64,000 nt of DNA from Candidatus Altiarchaeota archaeon (GTDB lineage Archaea; Altiarchaeota; Altiarchaeia; IMC4; SCGC-AAA252-I15): contig JAZDMS010000034.1 in assembly GCA_043800705.1 (NCBI GenBank), forward strand, positions 1,827 through 65,826. The letters are read 5' to 3'. Numbering within the stretch: position 1 is the first letter of the stretch; every line of letters starts with the position of its first letter. Below, piece after piece: positions 56,292 to 64,000 of the stretch. The notes beneath the pieces were generated by a model. That model searched no databases. It saw nothing but the letters and a program-made list of their open reading frames with translations, and had not been told where the DNA came from. The position numbers and the translations under genes were made by a program.

Positions 56292-58019
56292 ATGGATATA
56301 TTTTCGTATAATCCCATTAATAATATGATGAAAGAGGCGGTAAAACCCCCGGTGGAAGGCCGGGAAGACCTTGGGATTCCCGCCCCTAAGCTGACTCTGG
56401 GGACGAATTATTTCATAATCGACAGGGATACAGGGAAAGTCTTAGAGAGACTGTCCACCAGCGGTAAAAGAGTCCTCAGGACCAAAGGCCTTTACGAATT
56501 CAAGGTCCAGCCGGAAGGAGACAAAGAGACCGCGGGCAAGAGAAGGCTCACTGACAAAGACATGGTCGAGGGAGTGTCGAGCGGCCGCCTGATAGTGATG
56601 AGCCATGAGGAGATCCTCGGCGCATTGGACAGGTCCAAGACGGGGATAGGCATCACCGGCGGCGGAGACTGCGCAGGGATAGCGGATTTCCTGGCCTCAT
56701 TGCAGCACAACCTGAACCCCGAACTGACGATGCTGGGGGTGAGGAACGCCGGCAAAGGGTTGAAGACGAAGCCGGAAGGATTCGATGAGAAACTGATAAT
56801 AGTCGACGGACTCGCTGCCGACGACTTCGAAGGCCAATCCAGCACGCCCTACGGGTCTGCGAGGGAGGATCCTTTCCCAAAGAAGTTCGACACAGACCCC
56901 GGCAAGAGGGCTAAGCAGGAGGAGGAGCAGGCGAATGCGACGGAGAACATCAGACCGTTCATGTTCTTCTATGGCACCGGCGGCAACGACCATCTCGCTC
57001 TCCTTGAGAGGATAGCCAGGAGGTTCCCGGACAAGATAGTGGTGGGAACGTTCAAGAGCATAGACGGAGACGGATGGATCGCAGGCAGGCCTGCGCAGAT
57101 GCTCGGCTTCAACACCGCAGTCAGAGACTATCAGAGGGCCGTCTGGGCCGCAGCCCAGAATGCCGACACCCACAACCAATGGCATGTGGTCGAGACATTC
57201 GGGCGGGGAGCGGGCAAACTCGCATACGAGGCGGCACGCCGATACCCGGCGAATTTCGACGAACTCCCGGCGGAGGAGAGGAGGAAAGTCACCGAATACC
57301 GGCGAGGGATTATGATACTCGTCCCCGAGAAGCCGACGACATTCAGGAGCCTGGCAGCCGAGGCGAGGGCGATAAATAGTAGGGAGGGGCACATCGTCGT
57401 TGTCGCAGCAGAAGGTTTCATGCCGCCCGAGCTGAAGTATGAGATGAACAGGCTTGTGAAGGACCAGGGACTGAAACGGAAGTGGCTGAGCCGTGAACTA
57501 AAGGTCGAGGACATACCGGGACTTGTTGAGGTCGTCGACGAGAACGACCCCAGAGCCGATTTGAAGAAGATGCTGGAAGACCGCGAGCTTGCTGCGCAGT
57601 TCGGCAAGACCATATGGGAGAGCAAACTCGACCCCCACGATAACGTCGAAAAGCTCGCGGGGATTGGCAGGTTCATCATGCAGGCGCTAGAGAAGTTGGC
57701 GGGCGCCAGCAAAGTCAACCAGCTTCTTGAAAACTATGAGGCACGGGGGGCTACGCCGACCGAATACGATATGATAATGGGGCGAAAAATCGGAGAGACT
57801 ATGGCAAAGCTGGTAAACGACGGCGTCAAGGGAGGCAAGGCCGTCGTCTATTTCGAAGGCATGAACCCCATCCTTGAAGATCCCGTCGTAGTGGACCTGG
57901 TCGGCGTATCCGATAAAAACAACCTCAACAACAGGGAACTCTACCCTGAGGAAATACTCCAAGAAAACGGCGTGTTCTGGAAAGTCGAAGACCTCGGAAG
58001 GTACCTACAGGCGGCGTAG
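56292..58019 (+). CDS. Divergent PfkA-family phosphofructokinase-like protein 2
   Basis: TGGGDCAG, GSAR, GTGGND, FKSIDGD, GFNTA, VETFGRGAG, LVPE, AAEG, YEARG; start may be 56325. Confidence 0.8.
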   Translation: MDIFSYNPINNMMKEAVKPPVEGREDLGIPAPKLTLGTNYFIIDRDTGKVLERLSTSGKRVLRTKGLYEFKVQPEGDKETAGKRRLTDKDMVEGVSSGRLIVMSHEEILGALDRSKTGIGITGGGDCAGIADFLASLQHNLNPELTMLGVRNAGKGLKTKPEGFDEKLIIVDGLAADDFEGQSSTPYGSAREDPFPKKFDTDPGKRAKQEEEQANATENIRPFMFFYGTGGNDHLALLERIARRFPDKIVVGTFKSIDGDGWIAGRPAQMLGFNTAVRDYQRAVWAAAQNADTHNQWHVVETFGRGAGKLAYEAARRYPANFDELPAEERRKVTEYRRGIMILVPEKPTTFRSLAAEARAINSREGHIVVVAAEGFMPPELKYEMNRLVKDQGLKRKWLSRELKVEDIPGLVEVVDENDPRADLKKMLEDRELAAQFGKTIWESKLDPHDNVEKLAGIGRFIMQALEKLAGASKVNQLLENYEARGATPTEYDMIMGRKIGETMAKLVNDGVKGGKAVVYFEGMNPILEDPVVVDLVGVSDKNNLNNRELYPEEILQENGVFWKVEDLGRYLQAA

Positions 58020-58028
58020 GCTTGTTTT

Positions 58029-58149
58029 TGGGATCCTCAGGGCAGGTAACTCCCGATTTTTTTATCTTATTACACCCTGTTACGCCAACCAACCGACTTT
58101 AACCCACAGTACCCCTAGTACTGTATCCATCACACTTTTGAGGATCCCA
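58029..58149. ncRNA. Element with perfect 11-bp terminal inverted repeats (small RNA or MITE-like)
   Basis: TGGGATCCTCA (58029-58039) / TGAGGATCCCA (58139-58149); inner ACAGTAC/GTACTGT hairpin; TATATA about 22 nt upstream on the minus strand. Confidence 0.4.
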
Positions 58150-58234
58150 TAGATAATTGGGAGGGAAGGTATATATGGCATCTGGATGGGGCATTCCAGC
58201 CCCAGCTGAGGCATATACAGGGTCTTTTTTCCTG

Positions 58235-58484
58235 CTATCCTTCAGCGCATATATGCATCCGGGGGGGTTTGTCGTTAGTCTCCTTCGAGTCGGTCAAGAG
58301 CTCCTTGTGGCGTATGCCAAGCTGACGGTAGCAGAAGTACCTAACAGCCTCCTTTTTCGCCGATATCTCCTCAAGTTCGTCGAACAGCTCCTTCTTCGTC
58401 AGCCTCTCCCATATCCAGATGGAACCCCTCCTCGGACAGCCAGGAGAGGATCTGGCCCTTCATTGACTCGTAATCGACTGCCAT
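58235..58484 (-). pseudogene. Frameshifted or internally deleted gene remnant (possibly DUF2299-like)
   Basis: MAVDYESMKGQILSWLSEEGF in one frame continues as IWERLTKKELFDELEEISAKKEAVRYF in another; genome-like codon usage in both. Confidence 0.45.
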
Positions 58485-58513
58485 GAAGCGTATTTGAGGT
58501 AGTAGTATAAAAT

Positions 58514-60064
58514 CTAGTGCAAGAAGCATCTGACGCCCGTGAACACCATCGCCATCCCGTGCTCGTCCGCGGCCTGTATCACTTCGGCGTCCCGGATGGA
58601 GCCGCCTGGATGTATGGCCGCGGTAATGCCTGCCTTGGCGGCTTCGTCGACGCCGTCGCGGAACGGGAAGAACGCGTCCGAGGCCATCGCAGCCCCCTTC
58701 GAAAGAGCCCCGGCCTTCATGGCCGCAATCTTCACGGCGTCGACCCTGCTCATCTGGCCCGCACCCACGCCGACGGTGTGGTCCTTCTTGGCGAATATGA
58801 TGCTGTTGGATTTGGTGTGGCGGCAGACCTTCCAGGCGAAGAGCATCGCATCTGTCTCGTCCCTTGACGGCTTCCTCTTGCTCACGACATTGAGGTCCTT
58901 CTCCGTGAGCTCCCGCAGGTCCAGTGTCTGCACCAAAAGGCCGCCGACAACCCCCCGGTAGTCCAGGGATTTCTCCGATGTTTTCCTGATTGGGCCGGTC
59001 TCCAAGAGGCGCATCTTCTCCTTCTTGGCGAATATGGGTAGCACCTCCTTCGGGAAAGACGGGGCTGCGACGACTTCGACGAACGTGGACGTGATGTCCT
59101 TCGCGACCGCCTCGTCAGGTTCGCGGTTGAGTGCGACGATGCAACCGAAGGCGCTCTGCGGGTCGGCGCTGTGCGCCAGCTTGTACGCCGAGGCGATGTC
59201 CGCTGCGACACCGACGCCAGAGGGGTTCAGGTGCTTTACGATGACCGCCGCAGGCTCGTCGAACTCCTTCACCAGCTCCAAGGTGGCGTTCACGTCGATG
59301 ATGTTATTGAAGGAAAGCTGCTTGCCGGCGGATATGACCGTCGCATTGGCTACGCAGCATTCCCCGGAGCCGTCCGTGTAGAATGCCGCCCTCTGGTGGG
59401 GATTCTCCCCGTAGCGTAGGTCATATGCCTTCTTTAACGGGATGATGAGGTCGTTCGGAAATCTCCCGGGGAGAAACTGCCCAGCCAGATACCTGTGTAT
59501 TATCGCATCGTATTCGGCGGTGTGGGCGAATGCCTTGAGGGCTAGAGCCCTCTTCGTCCCGTCAGTCACTGACCCGGCCTCAAGCTCAGTAAGGACGAGA
59601 CCATAGTCCGCGGGGTCCACGACTATAGCGACGTCGTTGTGGTTCTTCGCAGCGGCACGGACGAGGGACGGCCCGCCTATGTCGATGTTCTCTATCGCAT
59701 CCTCGAAGCTCGCATCAGGCCGTTCGATCGTGGACTGGAAGGGGTAGAGGTTGACTGCGACGATGTCGATTGGGGGGATGTTGTGCTGGCGGATCTTGTC
59801 CATGTGCTCCTTATTCCCCCTTACTGCGAGGATGCCGGCATGGACCTTCGGGTGGAGGGTCTTGACGCGCCCGTCCAGCATCTCAGGGAGGCCGGTGTGG
59901 TCCGAGACCTGGATTACGGGGACGCCGGCGTCCTTCAGGACCTTTGCGGTGCCGCCGGAGGAGATGATCTTTATCCCGAGTATATGGAGACCCCTAGCAA
60001 AATCGACGACGCCCGCCTTGTCATAGACGCTTATCAGAGCATGAGAGGCAACCAAGCCAAACAC
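58514..60064 (-). CDS. purH: Bifunctional AICAR transformylase/IMP cyclohydrolase
   Basis: ALISVYDK, GRVKTLHP, IENIDIGGP, LRYGENPHQ, KHLNP, SDAFFPF. Confidence 0.97.
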   Translation of the reverse strand: MFGLVASHALISVYDKAGVVDFARGLHILGIKIISSGGTAKVLKDAGVPVIQVSDHTGLPEMLDGRVKTLHPKVHAGILAVRGNKEHMDKIRQHNIPPIDIVAVNLYPFQSTIERPDASFEDAIENIDIGGPSLVRAAAKNHNDVAIVVDPADYGLVLTELEAGSVTDGTKRALALKAFAHTAEYDAIIHRYLAGQFLPGRFPNDLIIPLKKAYDLRYGENPHQRAAFYTDGSGECCVANATVISAGKQLSFNNIIDVNATLELVKEFDEPAAVIVKHLNPSGVGVAADIASAYKLAHSADPQSAFGCIVALNREPDEAVAKDITSTFVEVVAAPSFPKEVLPIFAKKEKMRLLETGPIRKTSEKSLDYRGVVGGLLVQTLDLRELTEKDLNVVSKRKPSRDETDAMLFAWKVCRHTKSNSIIFAKKDHTVGVGAGQMSRVDAVKIAAMKAGALSKGAAMASDAFFPFRDGVDEAAKAGITAAIHPGGSIRDAEVIQAADEHGMAMVFTGVRCFLH

Positions 60065-60097
60065 CAGTAAAAGACTAAGGATAGGCGAGTTAAAAAA

Positions 60098-60931
60098 TCA
60101 CTTCGATTTTTCCGCTGCAATAAGGGTGTTCTCCAAGAGGGCGGCAATTGTCATCGGCCCAACGCCACCGGGCACCGGGGTGATGTGTGATGCTTTCTCC
60201 TTCACTGTCTCCAAGTCGACGTCGCCAACCATCTTGCCGTCGACGAAGCTTATCCCAGCATCTATCACGACCGCTCCCTTCTTTACCATGTCAGCCCTAA
60301 TCAGGCTGGGGACTCCCGCACCGCTTATGAGGATGTCGGCCTGGAGGGTGTGCTTCTTGAGGTCGCGGGTCTTATGGTTGCAGACTGTGACGGTGGCGTT
60401 GCGGTTTAGAAGGAGCATCGAAAGGGGCCTGCCGAGGACGATGGTGTGGTTGACGATGACTGCCTCCCTGCCTTCGAGGATTATGCCATATTCCTCCAGG
60501 AGCTGGATGATGCCCTTAGGAGTGGCTGAGACGAGGAGTTCCTCGCCGTCCATGACGGCTCCGTTGTTGTAGGGATGGAATCCGTCGACGTCCTTCCCCG
60601 GCGAGACCGCCTTCACCACGTTCCTGACGTCGATGTGCTTCGGAAGCGGCATCTGCACAAGGATCCCGTGGATCTTCGGGTCGGTGTTCAGTTTTTGTAT
60701 GAGGACGATGAGATCCTTCTCAGTGGCGTCGGCCGGAAGCTCATGCCGCTCAGAATAGAAACCTACCTCGTCGCACGCCTTCTCCTTCAGCTTCACATAA
60801 AGCTGACTGGAAGGATTCGATCCGACAAGGATGGCGGCAAGGCCGGGCTTGGCCTTCAGTTTGGCTGCCTGCGCCTTAAGTTTGCCCATATGTTTGGCTG
60901 CAACCGCTCTGCCGTCCAGTATGATTGTCAC
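60098..60931 (-). CDS. folD: Methylene-THF dehydrogenase/methenyl-THF cyclohydrolase
   Basis: YVKLK, GILVQMPLP, KDVDG, TPKG, TPVPGGVGPMT. Confidence 0.96.
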   Translation of the reverse strand: MTIILDGRAVAAKHMGKLKAQAAKLKAKPGLAAILVGSNPSSQLYVKLKEKACDEVGFYSERHELPADATEKDLIVLIQKLNTDPKIHGILVQMPLPKHIDVRNVVKAVSPGKDVDGFHPYNNGAVMDGEELLVSATPKGIIQLLEEYGIILEGREAVIVNHTIVLGRPLSMLLLNRNATVTVCNHKTRDLKKHTLQADILISGAGVPSLIRADMVKKGAVVIDAGISFVDGKMVGDVDLETVKEKASHITPVPGGVGPMTIAALLENTLIAAEKSK

Positions 60932-60988
60932 GGTTGATTATATGAGGGTAGGTGGTATTTAATTATCCGATAATGCCCGATATTTGAT

Positions 60989-63301
60989 GTGTCTGTCCCG
61001 CACGAACCGATAGAACCGTCAACCCCTCGAATAAGGGCCCAGTTTTCACAGGACCAGTTAAGGGTTGTCGACGACTGGGATATGATGGAGACCAGACTCC
61101 GGAAAGAAAGAACACTTAACGGGGGGGACGGATATGGTGTCTTGTGCATGCATTCCTTCATGAAGGGATGCGGGTTGCCGACCATTCTTTTTGAGAGGGA
61201 TGCTAAGTTGGTTCCTAAGGCCCTAAAAGACTACGGGCCTAAGGTGGCATTTACTCTTGGGGAAATAACGGACCCACAAGAAGTAGACCATGCATTCAAG
61301 AGGATTCTTCAGGTAATCACCCTTTGGCCGCTAGATGACCAGGGAAAGCAGTACTCAGTCACCAATGTGGAAGTCATCAAAACGGGAAAGGAATGGATGG
61401 TGACTGCGAACAAGAAGGACGGACAAAACCCTAGAAGATGGAGGATGAGAATCGACGGGGATTTGCTTAAGGTGACCTCTCAGCCACGACAGGAACCGGA
61501 ACACTACAAAGAACTGAGAGTAGCTCAAAATACGCGAGCAGAGCCCACGTTTTACGAAAAAAACCAACCAATCAAGGCTCTTGAAGTGCATTCGCTTGCT
61601 AAGCAATTTGAAATACCGACCAATGTTTCTGAGATTGATAAGAATATTTGGCTGCATGAGTTGGAGGAGTATAGAAGGGGTAGCAGGAAAGGGACTGTAA
61701 CTCAAAGGGCAGCAGCGGGATATAAACTTGCAAAAATGCGATATCATCTCAGCAGGCTTGGAATCGACTCCGAAGACGTAAATGATGAAAAACTCATTAG
61801 AAGAAGCCTGGCGCATAATTCAAAGTCAAGTAATGACGGCCTGAAAGCCGCGGGACTTTTGATGTTCATGCAGGCGCTTGGAATGAATGTGACTGCTGCA
61901 GAGAAAACAAATGCTGAGAAAAACGTGCGTAAGGCACTTCTTGAAAATAGGGAGGACACTGCTGACTCGACACCCGAGAGGGATGGCGAATCCGCTGCAT
62001 GGCTTCGGATGGCACTTCATCAGGTTTATGGGGATGAGCCACTGTACAATTATTTGAGGGGTGTACTAATTGTGCTTGGTTGGGACATGTTTCCATTTAC
62101 CACTGAACCATTGGCTAAATTAGTAGTTCAACAGCAAACACTCCCGGATCAAAACTTACTCCCTAATTTAATGCCGATTGGGCCGTCACAAGCCAAAGCT
62201 AATTTGGGCGAAGTATTCCAGCTTTTTTCAGACGGCTCTAAGAAAAAGTCGCCTGCACAATCCAATGATTTAGCATCAAGGCTTGTTTCAGGAATAGATG
62301 CGGATCAATCGGTGTTACAGGGATTCATCGATGGGGAACTGGTTCAACGCAGGGATGCTTTCTTAACGGCTAACAGTAGGGGATTAAAACAACTGAATAT
62401 TCAGGGTACAACCATGACCTCGATAAGGCGCGAACTAGTGGGTAAGGGATTAAGAACGACAGCTGATGATAGCCGGTTATTGGATGACTGCACCAAGTTC
62501 CTGGACGATGCGGGCATATTCATCAGCGCCCTAATGCGCCAAATACCAGATAAAAGGGTTGCCGTGGATATGAGCAGAGCGTGCGAGGAATTTAATTTTC
62601 TGGGCTCATTCTTAGACAGATCCAAGGAAATATCGATAACAGGGCTTGTCGGGGACAATTTCGCGGCACATTCTAAAAAAGGCAAGATAACTGCCCGCGG
62701 CAATGTGGGTAATTTCGCGTTTGCAAATCTTAGAGGTGCCGAGACCATAGTCGAAGGCAACTGTGGAAGAGGGGCCGGGGACATGGCACAATCAGGCTTG
62801 GCAAAAGTCAAAGGCCTGGTTGGGGAGGTCGGGGTTCCGGGGAGGAAATTTGTCCTATTGCATGGACCGGAGGACAACATTCTCTGGCCTCCACTGGGCG
62901 TCAGCGACATAGTTCGGGATAATCTTGTCCCAGAACTGAGAACACCCCTTATTTACGGGACTGCGAACCTAAACGTCCATGATGATGGATTCGATCTGGG
63001 CTTATGCGGCCTAAGATGCTTCCAAGGCAAGGGGAGGGGCGAAGAAAATATCGGCATAAGGGTTGAGACAACAGACACAAATACGTCCGAAGCCGTCGCA
63101 ATTTTGGTTATAAAGGCCGAACGCGAGGAATTGTTCAGAGGGCTAAATAAAACCGTTCTTGAAGTTTCACATGAAACTGGCAGTCGAGGGAATTTCTACG
63201 AAATCTGTTTAACAACAAAACCAAATGCAACTAGAGATTATCAGGAAAAAGTGGCCGAATTCGCAAATGAGGTATACAGGTTACAGCAGCCTCAAACGTA
63301 G
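60989..63301 (+). CDS. Large orphan protein containing a GXGXG (GltB C-terminal/FwdC-like) beta-helix
   Basis: [10 protein letters not shown]...RGNVGNFAF...[15 protein letters not shown] repeats; visibly more AT-rich than neighbours. Confidence 0.65.
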   Translation: MSVPHEPIEPSTPRIRAQFSQDQLRVVDDWDMMETRLRKERTLNGGDGYGVLCMHSFMKGCGLPTILFERDAKLVPKALKDYGPKVAFTLGEITDPQEVDHAFKRILQVITLWPLDDQGKQYSVTNVEVIKTGKEWMVTANKKDGQNPRRWRMRIDGDLLKVTSQPRQEPEHYKELRVAQNTRAEPTFYEKNQPIKALEVHSLAKQFEIPTNVSEIDKNIWLHELEEYRRGSRKGTVTQRAAAGYKLAKMRYHLSRLGIDSEDVNDEKLIRRSLAHNSKSSNDGLKAAGLLMFMQALGMNVTAAEKTNAEKNVRKALLENREDTADSTPERDGESAAWLRMALHQVYGDEPLYNYLRGVLIVLGWDMFPFTTEPLAKLVVQQQTLPDQNLLPNLMPIGPSQAKANLGEVFQLFSDGSKKKSPAQSNDLASRLVSGIDADQSVLQGFIDGELVQRRDAFLTANSRGLKQLNIQGTTMTSIRRELVGKGLRTTADDSRLLDDCTKFLDDAGIFISALMRQIPDKRVAVDMSRACEEFNFLGSFLDRSKEISITGLVGDNFAAHSKKGKITARGNVGNFAFANLRGAETIVEGNCGRGAGDMAQSGLAKVKGLVGEVGVPGRKFVLLHGPEDNILWPPLGVSDIVRDNLVPELRTPLIYGTANLNVHDDGFDLGLCGLRCFQGKGRGEENIGIRVETTDTNTSEAVAILVIKAEREELFRGLNKTVLEVSHETGSRGNFYEICLTTKPNATRDYQEKVAEFANEVYRLQQPQT

Positions 63302-64000
63302 ATTTTGAATGACTTACACATTAGCGCAGCATCATTCCTAATCTTCTCCTTAAGCTTCGCATCCTGCGGTTTCCCGACGACTTCACTGATCCATCCCGCG
63401 ATCCGCCTCATCTCGGGCTCCTTCATCCCTCGAATAGTCACGCACGGCGTCCCGATCCTGATCCCCGACGTCACAAACGGCTTCTCCTTGTCGTAGGGGA
63501 CCGCGTTCTTGTTGAGTGTGATACCCGCCTCCTGGAGGGCGGCCTCCGCGTCCTTTCCTGTGACCTTCTTATCGGACAGGTCGCAGAGCATGAGGTGGTT
63601 GTCGGTGCCACCGGAGACCAGGTTGAATCCGTCCTTCAATAGGGCTTCCGCTAGCGCCTTCGAGTTCTTCACTATCTGCTCATGGACCTTCCTCCGCTCA
63701 GGCGTCAGGTTCTCCTTGAAGCAGACTGCCTTGGCGGCGATCTGGTTCATTATAGGGCCGCCCTGCATCCCTGGGAACACAGCCCGGTCTATGTCCTTCG
63801 CATATTTCTCCTTGCACATTATCATCGCGCCTCTTGGGCCCATGAGGGTCTTGTGGGTGGTTGTCGTGACGAAGTCTGCATACTTTATCGGCGACGGATG
63901 AACGCCTGCGCCAATGAGGCCTGCAATGTGGGCAACATCCGCCAAAAGCAGGGCTCCGACTTCGTCCGCAATCTCGCGGAACTCCTTGAAGGGGACGACC
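63292..64000 (-). CDS. glyA: Serine hydroxymethyltransferase (3' part; 5' end outside window)
   Basis: [44 protein letters not shown]. Confidence 0.97.
   Translation of the reverse strand, partial: VVPFKEFREIADEVGALLLADVAHIAGLIGAGVHPSPIKYADFVTTTTHKTLMGPRGAMIMCKEKYAKDIDRAVFPGMQGGPIMNQIAAKAVCFKENLTPERRKVHEQIVKNSKALAEALLKDGFNLVSGGTDNHLMLCDLSDKKVTGKDAEAALQEAGITLNKNAVPYDKEKPFVTSGIRIGTPCVTIRGMKEPEMRRIAGWISEVVGKPQDAKLKEKIRNDAALMCKSFKIYV

Noticed and set aside
58157-58486. 109-aa plus-strand ORF
   Set aside because: TTG start and atypical composition; the minus-strand remnant explains the region better.

Overview
A mostly GC-rich archaeal chromosome segment. The archaeal call rests on uS15-Pcc1-eS1, CDC48, SRP54, archaeal-type TrpRS, short archaeal PurA, a presenilin-type protease and TATA boxes about 25 nt before many start codons. 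A DPANN/Altiarchaeota-like origin is plausible but is inference only. Layout: (i) 1-20 kb housekeeping genes with a few orphans and a Fic cassette; (ii) 20-35 kb surface-glycosylation locus; (iii) 36.4-38.4 kb strongly AT-rich island encoding a PRTase-fold protein and a winged-HTH protein; (iv) srp54 and a twin processive-GT2 cluster; (v) 44.7-64 kb bacterial-type folate/purine cluster (purN, folC, fhs, purH, folD, glyA, all minus strand) interleaved with large divergent or orphan genes (GH57-like, two PFK-like paralogues, a GXGXG-domain protein). The most notable unexplained signals are a family of degenerate 7-bp-period repeats placed pyrimidine-strand-first just after gene 3' ends, a diverged duplicate of the trpS 5' end bracketing the Fic gene, and four intergenic elements with paired ends that look like uncharacterised small RNAs. 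I found no tRNA, rRNA, CRISPR array or transposase. All calls come from reading motifs by eye; no searches were run.
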